NCBI GenBank assembly: GCA_050013835.1
Contig: JBEKEM010000004.1
Span: 101,569 to 165,568 of the forward strand
Source: Acidimicrobiales bacterium
GTDB lineage: Bacteria; Actinomycetota; Acidimicrobiia; Acidimicrobiales; Bog-793
DNA: 64,000 nucleotides
Direction of reading: 5' to 3'
Shown here: one piece after another, positions 43,973 to 53,310 of the stretch
Numbering within the stretch: position 1 is the first letter of the stretch
Layout: the number at the start of each line of letters is the position of its first letter
Position numbers and translations under genes: made by a program
Notes under the pieces: model-generated
Seen by the model: the letters and a program-made list of their open reading frames with translations, nothing else
Databases searched by the model: none
What the model was told of the DNA's origin: nothing

Positions 43973-44563
43973 ATGGGCTTCCTCGACGCGCTGCTCGGCC
44001 GGACCAAGCCCGCCCAGGCCAACCTCGACAAGCTCTTCGGGCTGCCCGGAGCGCAGATCACGCTCGAGGCCTCCGAGGGTCTCCAGCCGACCGGGCAGGC
44101 CGGGGTCTGCTTCAAGCCGACCGAGGGCCAGGCCTTCTCGGCGACCGAGAGCGAGTTCACGGCGCTCCTCAACCTCGGCGACGACGCCGGGGGGCACGTC
44201 GCCGAGAGCTCGGACCAGTACGGCTACCGCTGGGTCGTGCTCGAGGCGGACGATTTCGGAACGCTCGTCACCCGCGTCCACGTGACGAACTCGACCCTCC
44301 AGGACAACGGCTACGGGCCGCAGCTGCTCTGCTCGGTCTTCGGCTTCGCGCCCGCTCCCCAGGCGGGGGCGGCGAGAGCGGCGGCGACCGTCTACCTCGT
44401 CTACCTGTACAAGCGCGGGACCTTCTACCCCTTCGTGCCCGCCGGCGGCGAACGGCGCGACAACGAGGCCGAGCTGCGACTGAAGAACGAGCTCGGCGAC
44501 GACCTCTCGATCGAGTCGGACCTCACGCGCTGGTTCCCGATCTGGGGGTTGCCGGTCCACTGA
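43973..44563 (+). CDS. Hypothetical protein, PspA-module partner (PspAB-like)
   Basis: The 196-aa ORF begins MGFLDALLGRTKPAQANLDKLFGLPGAQITLE. It lies 13 nt after htpX on the same strand. The family assignment is tentative. Confidence 0.55.
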   Translation: MGFLDALLGRTKPAQANLDKLFGLPGAQITLEASEGLQPTGQAGVCFKPTEGQAFSATESEFTALLNLGDDAGGHVAESSDQYGYRWVVLEADDFGTLVTRVHVTNSTLQDNGYGPQLLCSVFGFAPAPQAGAARAAATVYLVYLYKRGTFYPFVPAGGERRDNEAELRLKNELGDDLSIESDLTRWFPIWGLPVH

Positions 44564-44597
44564 GCCCCGGGCTGCCCGCCCGGCGCCGACCACCCCC

Positions 44598-45389
44598 TTA
44601 CGGCGCCAGGTCGACGACGACCGGGGCGTGGTCCGAGGGCTGCTGGTCGCTCCCCTGGCCCTTGCGCGCCTCGCGGTCGACGAAGGCCGCGCCCACCCGG
44701 GCGACGACGGGCGCCGAGGCGAGCAACAGGTCGATCCGCATGCCCTCGCCCTTGTGGAAGGCGCCGCCCCGGTAGTCCCACCACGAGAAGGGCCCCACCT
44801 CGTCGGGGTGGAGACGCCGGACGACGTCCACGAGGCCGAAGTCCATGACCCGGCGCAGGGCGTCGCGCTCCGGCGCCGTCACGTGGGTCGCGCCCTCGAA
44901 CGCGCCGATGTCCCAGACGTCGCGGTCCTCGGGGGCGACGTTGAAGTCGCCGCCGACGGCGACTGCGCCGGCGGGGTCACAGGTCGCGTCGAGCTCGCGG
45001 CGGAGTTGCGCCAGCCACTCCAGCTTGGCGACGTAATGCTCCGAGTCGACGGCGCGCCCGTTCGGGACGTAGACCGAGAAGACGCGGACGCCGCCGCACT
45101 CGGCCGAGAGGATCCGGCACTCGCCCGGTTCCCCGGCGAGCTCCTCGCCGAAGCCGGCCCGGACGCCAGCCAGCCCCACGCGCGAGACGATCGCGACGCC
45201 GTTCCACCGGCCGTCACCGTGGTGGGCGGACTCGTAGCCGAGCTGCGTAAACGCCGCAGCGGGAAAGTCGGCGTCGGCGCACTTGGTCTCCTGGAGGAGC
45301 AGCACGTCCGGGTCGTGCTGCCCGATCCAGCCCTCCAGGCGGCCAAGGCGCGCCCGCAGCGAGTTCACGTTCCAGGTGACGAGGCGCAC
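44598..45389 (-). CDS. xthA: Exodeoxyribonuclease III
   Basis: MRLVTWNVNSLRARL, LLQETK and a C-terminal SDHAPV are present. Confidence 0.9.
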   Translation of the reverse strand: MRLVTWNVNSLRARLGRLEGWIGQHDPDVLLLQETKCADADFPAAAFTQLGYESAHHGDGRWNGVAIVSRVGLAGVRAGFGEELAGEPGECRILSAECGGVRVFSVYVPNGRAVDSEHYVAKLEWLAQLRRELDATCDPAGAVAVGGDFNVAPEDRDVWDIGAFEGATHVTAPERDALRRVMDFGLVDVVRRLHPDEVGPFSWWDYRGGAFHKGEGMRIDLLLASAPVVARVGAAFVDREARKGQGSDQQPSDHAPVVVDLAP

Positions 45390-45396
45390 GGTCTCT

Positions 45397-45855
45397 TTAG
45401 GCCCCGGCGAAGACGAAGAACAGGCCGGTCGCGCAGGCGAGCTGGCCGCCCACGGACGCCGTGCCCTGCCCGGTGCCGGCCCGGGCCGACAGCCGCCCCA
45501 GCGTCACCTCGAGCTCGAGCGTGTCGCCCGGCACGACCTGCCGGCGGAACCGCGCCTTGTCGATCCCGCCGAACAGGGGGAGCCTGCCGGCGAAACGCCG
45601 GTCGGCGAGGACTGCCGCCGCGCCGAGCTGGGCGAGGGACTCGACGAGCAGCACCCCGGGGACGGTCGGCCGTCCCGGGAAGTGACCGGCGAAGAACGGC
45701 TCGTTGCCGGAGAGCACCCAGCGCCCCCGCGCCCGCTCCCCCGGGACGAGCTCATCGATCGCCGAGACGAGGAGGAACGGCGGTCGGTGCGGGATCAGGT
45801 CCTCGATCCGCCAGGTCACCCGCGGCCCGCCTTCCAGACGATCGGCCGGGCTCAC
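45397..45855 (-). CDS. fabZ: 3-hydroxyacyl-ACP dehydratase FabZ
   Basis: IPHRPPFLLV and the hotdog active site FFAGHFPGRPTVPGVLLVESLAQ are present. The GTG start overlaps the upstream stop (GTGA at 45852-45855), giving 152 aa. Confidence 0.85.
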   Translation of the reverse strand: MSPADRLEGGPRVTWRIEDLIPHRPPFLLVSAIDELVPGERARGRWVLSGNEPFFAGHFPGRPTVPGVLLVESLAQLGAAAVLADRRFAGRLPLFGGIDKARFRRQVVPGDTLELEVTLGRLSARAGTGQGTASVGGQLACATGLFFVFAGA

Positions 45856-47078
45856 CGCGTCCTCTTGCGTGGCGGCGACGCCGGGCGGGCGGCGCCCTTG
45901 TTTTTCGCGGCGGCGCGCCCGGCGGGCGGGGGCGCCTCGACGAGCCGGATCGCCCGCGGAGAGCGCCGCGGCCCCGGTGCCGCCGCGGCGGGCGGGGGCG
46001 CCGCCAGCTTCGCCGCCGCCTGCGGGGCGCGCGCCCTCGTCTTGGCGGGCCGTGCCGTCCGGCCGGCCCCGCCGCCGGCGGGGGGCGGCGCGGCGAGCAC
46101 GGGCGCGGCCTTGGCCGCCGGGGTCTTGGCGCGCCGGCCCCGCGCCTGGCGGGCCGGCGCGGCCGGTCTGGCCGGGCCGGTCCTGGCCATCTTCACGACG
46201 GCGGCGACCGTCTCCTCGCTCGGGTGGCCCGAGACGACGCCGACGCCGGGCAGCGCGAGCTCGACTCCGCGCCGGTAGGGGTCGAGAGCGGTGACGACGA
46301 AGCGCCGCTGCTCGCCCTTTTTCAGGACGGCGCGCGCGCTGCGCGGCGCCGGGACGCCCAGCCCCGAGAGGGGCACGTAGGCGCGCAGCTCTCCGGCACG
46401 CACCACGGCTCCGTGCGACGAGAAGGAATCCACCTCGGCCCCGATCTCGTCGCCGAGCGGGTGATCGGCGATGAACGAGATGAACGTCATCGGGTCGTTG
46501 ACGGCCTGGGGCGGCGCCGCCTGCTTCGCGGGAGCCGCCTTCGCCCCGGCGCGAGGAGGCCGCGCCGGCTTCTCGACCTCCTTCGTCGCGACGGCGATCG
46601 CCTTGGCGACCTGCTTGCGCGCGCGGGCCGTCTCGCGCACGGCGACCTGGCTGCGCGGGCCCCGCACCGGGTTGCGGGCCACGAAGATCCAGCCGACGCC
46701 GGGGACCTTCGTCGCGCCGACCAGACGGCCGTGCTCGAACAGCCACGGGTGCTCGCCGTGGAACTCCTGGAACGAGTCGTTCGAGAGCACGACGCCGTTC
46801 ACCTTCTCGGCGATCCGCAGCAGGAAGGCGTCACCCCGCCCGACGGCGCCCGCCGGCGGCGATACCACCTCGCCCGCCAAGGCGAGCTCGTCGAAATGGG
46901 CGCGTTCGGCTTCCTCGATGCGGTGGGCGAAGGAGGCATCGACGACCACGGTGACCTCCGCCTCGCCGAGCTCTCGGCGCATCTCGGCCACCGCCTCCTC
47001 GAGCTGGGCGAGGCTCGGCACCGTCCGCCCCTCGGTCGCGATGTTCGAGCCGTCGACGACCACGTGGCGTGAACTCAC
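45852..47078 (-). CDS. NYN (Zc3h12a-like) RNase domain protein with S1-like domain and basic Ala/Pro/Lys/Arg tail
   Basis: The NYN-type acidic pattern is HVVVDGSNIA, VVVDASF and GDAFLLRIAEKVNGVVLSNDSFQEF. The S1/OB-like block is GDEIGAEVDSFSSHGAVVRAGELRAYVPLSGL...RFVVTALDPYRRGVELAL. The start is GTG at 47078 or TTG at 47090. The rest of track ORF 45852..49115 is a shadow of kgd. Confidence 0.7.
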   Translation of the reverse strand: MSSRHVVVDGSNIATEGRTVPSLAQLEEAVAEMRRELGEAEVTVVVDASFAHRIEEAERAHFDELALAGEVVSPPAGAVGRGDAFLLRIAEKVNGVVLSNDSFQEFHGEHPWLFEHGRLVGATKVPGVGWIFVARNPVRGPRSQVAVRETARARKQVAKAIAVATKEVEKPARPPRAGAKAAPAKQAAPPQAVNDPMTFISFIADHPLGDEIGAEVDSFSSHGAVVRAGELRAYVPLSGLGVPAPRSARAVLKKGEQRRFVVTALDPYRRGVELALPGVGVVSGHPSEETVAAVVKMARTGPARPAAPARQARGRRAKTPAAKAAPVLAAPPPAGGGAGRTARPAKTRARAPQAAAKLAAPPPAAAAPGPRRSPRAIRLVEAPPPAGRAAAKNKGAARPASPPRKRTR

Positions 47079-47155
47079 GCCGCCAGTCAACCACGCCGCG
47101 TCGGAGGCGGCGCGCCAAGCTGCCGGTGCCGTGCCGCCGGCTGCGGGACCGTCCG

Positions 47156-50100
47156 TCAGGAGCCGGCCGGCAGCCGGCCCAGGGCCTCCGTGAGCAACGC
47201 CTCCACCTCGAGGTCGTGGATGGCGTGCGACCCCGTCGCCGGGCTCCCCGACGGCGCCCGGCTGACGTGGCGCAGGCGGTAGCGGTCCCGGAACAGCCGG
47301 TGGACCCGCTCGTGGACGAGCCCCCACGCCCCCATGTTCTCGGGCTCGTCCTGCAACCAGACGAGCTCCGTCGCTGCCGGGTAGCGGTCGAGCACGTCGA
47401 CGAGCTGCGCCTCCGGCCAGGGATAGAGCTGCTCCACGCGGACGATGGCGGCGGGCGGAACCGCCCCACGGGCCGCGACGAGGGCATCGCGCCTGGCGAT
47501 GGCGGCGCGGGCGATCTCGCCCGAGCAGCAGACGATCCGGCCGACCATGTGCGGCTCCAGGGGGTCGGGGAACGCCGGGTCGTCGAGCACCTCGGCGAAC
47601 CCTCCCGAGGCGAGCGCCGCGGCGGGCGAGCGCGCGAAGGGCGCCCGCAGCAACGCCTTCGGCGTCATCACGACGAGCGGGCGGCGAACGGGCCGCTTCG
47701 CCTGGGCCCGCAGCAGGTGGAAGTACTGCGCGGCCGCGGTCGGCTGGGCGACGGTGATGTTCTGGCCGGCGGCGAGGGTGAGGAATCGCTCGAGGCGCGC
47801 CGAGGAGTGCTCGGGGCCCTGGCCCTCGAAACCGTGGGGCAGCAGCAGCACGAGGCCCGAGGCCTGGCCCCACTTCTCCTCCGCGGCGACGAGGAAGTTG
47901 TCGATGATGATCTGGGCCCCGTTGGCGAAGTCGCCGAACTGCGCCTCCCAGACGACGAGGGCGTCGGCGGCCTCGACCGAGTAGCCGTACTCGAAGCCGA
48001 GCACCGCGTACTCCGAGAGCAGCGAGTCCCGGATGTAGAAGCTCCCCATCGCCGCGCTTCCCGCCACCGGCGGGTCGCCGCCGACGGTACTGCCGAGTGA
48101 GTCGAGCGGCGTGAACTCGGCCCCCGTCTCGTAGTCGACGAGGACGGCATGGCGCTGGGAGAACGTGCCGCGCCGCGTGTCCTGCCCGGTGATACGGACC
48201 TCGGTCCCCTCGAGGAGCAACGTGGCGAAGGCGAGCGTCTCGGCGAGCGACCAGTCGACGAGTCCCTTGTCCCAGAGGGCGCCGCGCTGGTCGAGCTGCC
48301 GGGCGAGCTTGGGGTGGATCGTGAAGCCCGGCGGCATCACGGCGAGACGCCGCACGATGGCGCCGAGCCGGGCGGCGTCGACACCGGTCGCCCGCGGGAG
48401 GCGGCCACCTGTCTCCCTCCCCCGCCGGGAGGGGAGCCGGACGACCTTGGGCGGGGCGGCCGAACGCGTCTCGTCGAGCGCGGATTGCAGCCGGCCGTGG
48501 AAGTCGGCGCGCACCTGCTCGGCCTCGGCCTCGGTGATGTCGCCGCGGGCGACGAGCGCCTCGGTGTACAGCATCCGCACCGAACGATGCTCGTCGATCA
48601 GCTTGTACATGAGCGGCTGGGTGTAGCTGGGGTCGTCGCCCTCGTTGTGGCCGCGCCGCCGGTAGCAGACGAGGTCGACGACGACGTCCTTGGAGAAGGT
48701 CCGGCGGTACTCGAAAGCGAGGCGGGCGACGCGCACGCAGGCCTCGGGGTCGTCGCCGTTCACGTGGAAGATCGGCGACTGGATCATCTTGGCGACGTCG
48801 GTCGGGTACACCGACGAGCGCGCCTCGGCGGGCGGCGTCGTGAACCCGAGCTTGTTGTCGATGACGAGATGGACCGTCCCGCCGGTGCGGTAGCCGGAGA
48901 GCTGGGAAAGGTTGAGCGTCTCGGCGACGACCCCCTGGCCCGCGAAGGCGGCGTCGCCGTGGATGAGCAGCGCGAGCACGGAGAAGCCTCTCGGGTTCGG
49001 CTCCCGGTCCTGCTTGGCGCGCACGATCCCCTCGACGACGGGATCGACCGCCTCGAGGTGCGACGGGTTCGACGCGAGCGAGACGCGTAGCGACGTGCCG
49101 TCGCGCCCGCGCCACCTGCCAGCGGCGCCCTTGTGGTACTTCACGTCGCCCGAGCCCTGCACGGTCTCGGGGTCGAGGTTCCCCTCGAACTCGCCGAAGA
49201 TCTCGCTGTAGGACTTGCCGACGATGTTGGCCAGCACGTTGAGGCGCCCGCGGTGCGCCATGCCGAGGACAACCTCGGAGATCCCGGCGTGGGCGGCGGC
49301 GTCGAGCACGGCGTCGACGAACGGGATCGTCGACTCGGCTCCCTCGAGGCCGAAGCGCTTCTGGCCGACGTAGCGCAGGTGGAGGAACGCCTCGAAGGCC
49401 TCGGCGGCGTTCAGCTGGCCGAGGACGTGCCGCTTCTCCTCGGGCGCCAACACCTTCGGGGCCCCCTCGACGTGGTGCTGGATCCAGAGCTTCTCCTCGG
49501 GACTCTGGATGTGCATGTACTCCACGCCGACCGAACCGCAGTAGGCGTCGCGCAGGATCTCGAGGATCTCCGAGAGCGAAAGGATCTCGCCCCCCGGCAG
49601 GCCGAAGGTGTGGAAGCCCCGCTCAAAGTCGTCGGGGCCGAGCCCGTAGCTCCCGGGGTCGAGGTCCGAGCGGAGCTCCGCGGGACGCTCCTCGAGGGGA
49701 TCGAGCCGCGCGATCAGGTGGCCGCGCACCCGGTACATGTTGATGAGCGACCGGACCATCAGCTCCTTTCTCAGCTGATCCCCGTCGCCGGCGGTCGCCA
49801 CGCGTCCCTCGGGCCAGCGGATCGGTTCACCGCCGAGACCCAGCGAGGCGAAGACCTCGTCGTAGAAGCCGTGCCCGCCCACGAGGAGCTCGTGGACGCG
49901 CCGCAGAAACAGCCCCGACTCGGCTCCCTGGATGATCCGGTGGTCGTAGGTCGACGTCAGCGTGACGACGGTGCCGATGCCGAGGGCGCGCAGCGTCTCG
50001 GCCGGCGCCGTCTGGAACTCGACCGGATAGTCGAGCACGCCGATCCCGACGATCGCGCCCTGGCCGCGCATCAGCCGCGGCAGCGACTGGGTCGTCCCGA

Positions 50101-50959
50101 GCGTCCCCGGGTTCGTGATCGTGACGGTGCCGCCGCTCAGATCGTCGACGACGAGCTTGCCGGCCCGCGCCCGGTCGACGAGATCCTCGTAGGCGGCGCG
50201 GAACCCGGCGAAGTCGAGCGTGTCGGCACCCTTGATCACCGGGACGACGAGCGTGCGCGAACCGTCGGCTCGCGCAAGGTCGATGGCGAGTCCCAGCCCG
50301 ACGTGGGCGTGGCGGACGACCCCGGGCGTCCCCGTCCCGTCGGCGTCGTCGACGTAGCTCGCGTTCAGCGCCGGGACCTCGCCGATGGCCCGGACGACGG
50401 CCCACCCGATGAGGTGGGTGAAGCTGACCTTGAGTTCGTTCCGCTCGCGCAGCTTCTCGTTGATGAGGGCCCGGTTGGCCTCCAGCACCCTCGCCGGGAC
50501 CGCGTGCACGCTCGTCGCCGTCGGCACGGCCAGGCTCGCGATCATGTTCTCGGCGATCCGGCCGCGCGCGCCCCTGAGGAGCGTGACGGACCCCTCGGCG
50601 ACGGGGCCCCTCACGGACGGGGCACCCGGTGCCGGCGGGGCGGCCCCGCCCGGCGGAGCCACCCGCTCCTCGGCGCGCCCGGCGGGTGCTCCCGACCCCG
50701 CCAGCCTCGTCTCGATCGTGACGCGGCCGATGCCGCCGGGTACCGGGCGCGCGGCAGCGGCCGGACCTTCTCGCGGGACGGGTCCCCGGTACTCGGCGAA
50801 GAAGTCGCGCCAGGTGTCACCGACGGAGAGCGGGTTCGACCGGTACGCCTGGTACATCTCCTCGACGAACCAGGCGTTCATCCCGAGCGAGTCGGAATGC
50901 GCCCGGTCCGGGGGCAGGTCGACTCGGTCGCGCCCGTCCTCCCTCGTCACCGGGCTCAT
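47156..50959 (-). CDS. kgd: Multifunctional 2-oxoglutarate metabolism enzyme (E1o fused to E2o-like acyltransferase domain, Kgd/OdhA type)
   Basis: The N-terminus NAWFVEEMYQAYRSNP, the E2 catalytic motif DHRIIQGAESG and a ThDP-dependent E1o body are present. The start is set at ATG 50959 (alternative 50881). The track start at 51118 is unlikely. Confidence 0.85.
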   Translation of the reverse strand: MSPVTREDGRDRVDLPPDRAHSDSLGMNAWFVEEMYQAYRSNPLSVGDTWRDFFAEYRGPVPREGPAAAARPVPGGIGRVTIETRLAGSGAPAGRAEERVAPPGGAAPPAPGAPSVRGPVAEGSVTLLRGARGRIAENMIASLAVPTATSVHAVPARVLEANRALINEKLRERNELKVSFTHLIGWAVVRAIGEVPALNASYVDDADGTGTPGVVRHAHVGLGLAIDLARADGSRTLVVPVIKGADTLDFAGFRAAYEDLVDRARAGKLVVDDLSGGTVTITNPGTLGTTQSLPRLMRGQGAIVGIGVLDYPVEFQTAPAETLRALGIGTVVTLTSTYDHRIIQGAESGLFLRRVHELLVGGHGFYDEVFASLGLGGEPIRWPEGRVATAGDGDQLRKELMVRSLINMYRVRGHLIARLDPLEERPAELRSDLDPGSYGLGPDDFERGFHTFGLPGGEILSLSEILEILRDAYCGSVGVEYMHIQSPEEKLWIQHHVEGAPKVLAPEEKRHVLGQLNAAEAFEAFLHLRYVGQKRFGLEGAESTIPFVDAVLDAAAHAGISEVVLGMAHRGRLNVLANIVGKSYSEIFGEFEGNLDPETVQGSGDVKYHKGAAGRWRGRDGTSLRVSLASNPSHLEAVDPVVEGIVRAKQDREPNPRGFSVLALLIHGDAAFAGQGVVAETLNLSQLSGYRTGGTVHLVIDNKLGFTTPPAEARSSVYPTDVAKMIQSPIFHVNGDDPEACVRVARLAFEYRRTFSKDVVVDLVCYRRRGHNEGDDPSYTQPLMYKLIDEHRSVRMLYTEALVARGDITEAEAEQVRADFHGRLQSALDETRSAAPPKVVRLPSRRGRETGGRLPRATGVDAARLGAIVRRLAVMPPGFTIHPKLARQLDQRGALWDKGLVDWSLAETLAFATLLLEGTEVRITGQDTRRGTFSQRHAVLVDYETGAEFTPLDSLGSTVGGDPPVAGSAAMGSFYIRDSLLSEYAVLGFEYGYSVEAADALVVWEAQFGDFANGAQIIIDNFLVAAEEKWGQASGLVLLLPHGFEGQGPEHSSARLERFLTLAAGQNITVAQPTAAAQYFHLLRAQAKRPVRRPLVVMTPKALLRAPFARSPAAALASGGFAEVLDDPAFPDPLEPHMVGRIVCCSGEIARAAIARRDALVAARGAVPPAAIVRVEQLYPWPEAQLVDVLDRYPAATELVWLQDEPENMGAWGLVHERVHRLFRDRYRLRHVSRAPSGSPATGSHAIHDLEVEALLTEALGRLPAGS

Positions 50960-51110
50960 GTTACCGGTGGGGGTCTCGCCGCCCCGTGTCCCGCGCAATT
51001 CGGCCCCGCGCACCGAGTTCCCCCCGGGAAAACGACGGTGATGCTCCTTGGGCCACCAAGGCGAGCGCGTGGCCCCAGTAGGCTCGCCTGCGGCGGAGGA
51101 GCGGTTTCTG

Positions 51111-52061
51111 ATGCGCATGCTCGTCAGCGGGTCGCACGGACTGATCGGGAGTGCCCTCGTCGCCCGCCTCGAGGCCGACGGTCACTCGGTCCACCGCGTC
51201 GTCCGCGACGAAGCGGCCGAGGGCGAGGCGGCGATCGATCTCGTCGGGCGCCGGCTCGACCTCTGCGGCCTTCCGGGAGGGAACCTCGACCGGATCGACG
51301 CCGTCTTCCAGTTCTCCGGCGAGCGGCTCGCGCCGGTGCGCTGGAGCCCGGCGAGGCGCGAACGGGTCCGCGCCAGCCGCGTCGTCACGACCGACCTCCT
51401 CGCCCGTGCCATCGCCGCCGCGGACACGCCTCCCGCGGTCTTCGTCTCCGCCTCTGCCGTCGGCTACTACGGCAGTCGCGCCGACGAAGTGCTCGACGAG
51501 TCGAGCCAGCCGGGCTCCGGGTTCCTCGCCGAGCTCTGCGGTGCCTGGGAGGCCGCGACCGCGCCCGCCCGGGACGCGGGCGTGCGCGTCGTTACGATCC
51601 GCACCGGGATCGTGCTCGCGGCCGCCAGCCCGCTGATCGGGATGCAGCTCCCGCTCTATCGGGCCGGACTCGGCGCCCACCTGGGATCTGGTCGCCAATG
51701 GATGAGCTGGATCGCGCTCGACGACGAGGTCGCGGCGATCCTCCACACCGCGCTCACCCCCTCGATCGAAGGTCCCTGCAACCTCACCGCTCCGAACCCG
51801 GTGCGCAACAGGGAATTCACCGAGGCGTTCGCCCGCGCCGTCCACCGCCGTTCCGTCCTCGGCATCCCCCGCGTCGCGCTCGAGCTCGCGATGGGCCACG
51901 AGGTCGTCAACGACGTCACGCTGGCGAGCCAGCGAGTGCTGCCGCGCAAGCTCACCGAGTCGGGGTTCTCGTTCGCCCATCCCCTCCTCGACGACGCCCT
52001 CGCCTCCGCCCTCGCCGGGCGCGGTCCCGGGCCGGGCGAGGGCGGCGACAGCACGCCGTGA
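51111..52061 (+). CDS. TIGR01777-type NAD-dependent epimerase/dehydratase family protein (YfcH-like, with DUF1731)
   Basis: MRMLVSGSHGLIGSALVARLEADGHSV is a Rossmann GxxGxxG motif. The C-terminal tail is DUF1731-like. Confidence 0.75.
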   Translation: MRMLVSGSHGLIGSALVARLEADGHSVHRVVRDEAAEGEAAIDLVGRRLDLCGLPGGNLDRIDAVFQFSGERLAPVRWSPARRERVRASRVVTTDLLARAIAAADTPPAVFVSASAVGYYGSRADEVLDESSQPGSGFLAELCGAWEAATAPARDAGVRVVTIRTGIVLAAASPLIGMQLPLYRAGLGAHLGSGRQWMSWIALDDEVAAILHTALTPSIEGPCNLTAPNPVRNREFTEAFARAVHRRSVLGIPRVALELAMGHEVVNDVTLASQRVLPRKLTESGFSFAHPLLDDALASALAGRGPGPGEGGDSTP

Positions 52062-53293
52062 GCCGGCGCGTCGACGTCGCCGTTATCGGCGCCGGTCCCG
52101 CCGGCTGCGCGGCGGCGATCACCCTCGCCGCCGCGGGCAGGCGCGTCCTTCTCGCCGACCGGGCGCGGTTCCCCCGCGACAAGTGCTGCGGCGACGGGCT
52201 CACGACGGCGGCGGTGCGGCGGCTCGAATCCCTCGGCCTCGACCCCGCCGAGGTGCCGTCGTTCCGCCCGGCGACCGAGCTCGTCGTCCGCTCCCCCTCG
52301 GGTCGCGACATCCGCCTGCCGCTCGGAGAGGGACCCGGCGTCTTCGCCGCCGTGGCCCGGCGCCAGGACCTCGACGCGGCACTCGTCGCCCTAGCCGGGC
52401 GGGCCGGGGCGGACTTCGTCGAAGGGGCGCGCTGCGTCGGTGCGATCAACGAGGGCGCCGGCGTCCGCCTCAGCTTCGAGGGCGCCGAGGAGGCACGCGC
52501 CCGTTACGTCGTCGCCGCCGACGGCGCCTGGTCGCCGGTCCGCCGGATGCTGGCGGGCCCGCGTGAGACGACGCGCCCCCCCACCGCCCGGCGGCCGGAC
52601 TGGATCGCCTTCCGCACCTACGCCGAAGGGGTGCGCTCCGCGGCGGCCGGGCAGCTCTGGGTCTGGTTCGACGCCGCCCTCCTACCGGGCTACGCCTGGT
52701 CGTTCCCGCTCGGCGACGGCACGGTCAACCTCGGGATCTGCCTGCGGCACCGGGCCGGACCGGCCGCGGCGGACCTCTGGGAATCGACGCTCGCGCGCCC
52801 CTTCGCCGCCTCGCTCCTCGGTCCGGCGGCGTCGCTCGTCGCCCCGGCGCGGGCCTGGCCGATCCCCGTCGGCATCGACCGCGCCGAGCTCGCCGCGGCG
52901 GGCGGCCGGGTCCTCTTCGTCGGCGACGCGGCGTGCGCCGCCGACCCGTTCACCGGCGAGGGAGTCGAGCAGGCCCTCACGACCGGCGTCCTCGCGGCCC
53001 GGGCGATCGCCGCCGGCACCTCGCCCGCCGACGCCGCCGCCCGCTACAGCGAGGACGTCGCGGCTTCAATCGCCCGCGACCACCGGGTCTCACGGGCGTG
53101 CCAGCGGCTCTTCTCGACGCAGCTCGGCTGCCAAGGCGCCCTGCGGATCGTCGGCGCGAGCGGCTTCGTCCGCCGCAACGTCGCGAGGTGGCTTTTCGGG
53201 GACTACCCGCGCGCCGTGCTCATGAACCCGGCCGAATGGCCCTCGCTCGTGCGGCGCTCGCCGGGGGCGTTCGCCGCCCGGGACCGCGCCTAG
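52058..53293 (+). CDS. FAD-dependent oxidoreductase, geranylgeranyl reductase family
   Basis: The GTG start overlaps the upstream stop (GTGA at 52058-52061). VDVAVIGAGPAGCAAAITLAAAGRRVLLADR, KCCGDGLT and the GDAA motif are present. Only the last 411 codons of track ORF 49133..53293 are real. Confidence 0.8.
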   Translation: MSRRVDVAVIGAGPAGCAAAITLAAAGRRVLLADRARFPRDKCCGDGLTTAAVRRLESLGLDPAEVPSFRPATELVVRSPSGRDIRLPLGEGPGVFAAVARRQDLDAALVALAGRAGADFVEGARCVGAINEGAGVRLSFEGAEEARARYVVAADGAWSPVRRMLAGPRETTRPPTARRPDWIAFRTYAEGVRSAAAGQLWVWFDAALLPGYAWSFPLGDGTVNLGICLRHRAGPAAADLWESTLARPFAASLLGPAASLVAPARAWPIPVGIDRAELAAAGGRVLFVGDAACAADPFTGEGVEQALTTGVLAARAIAAGTSPADAAARYSEDVAASIARDHRVSRACQRLFSTQLGCQGALRIVGASGFVRRNVARWLFGDYPRAVLMNPAEWPSLVRRSPGAFAARDRA

Positions 53294-53310
53294 CCGGGCG
53301 GGAGCCCACC

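Noticed and set aside
45852-49115. 1087-aa minus-strand ORF suggesting a giant protein.
   Set aside because: Upstream of 47078 it is an alternative frame of kgd. Homology (NYN/S1) starts at the GTG at 47078, just after the kgd stop at 47156.
49133-53293. 1386-aa plus-strand ORF.
   Set aside because: The first ~975 codons are antisense to kgd or out of frame with the YfcH-like gene. Only 52058..53293 (FAD-binding GAGPAG onward) is a real gene.
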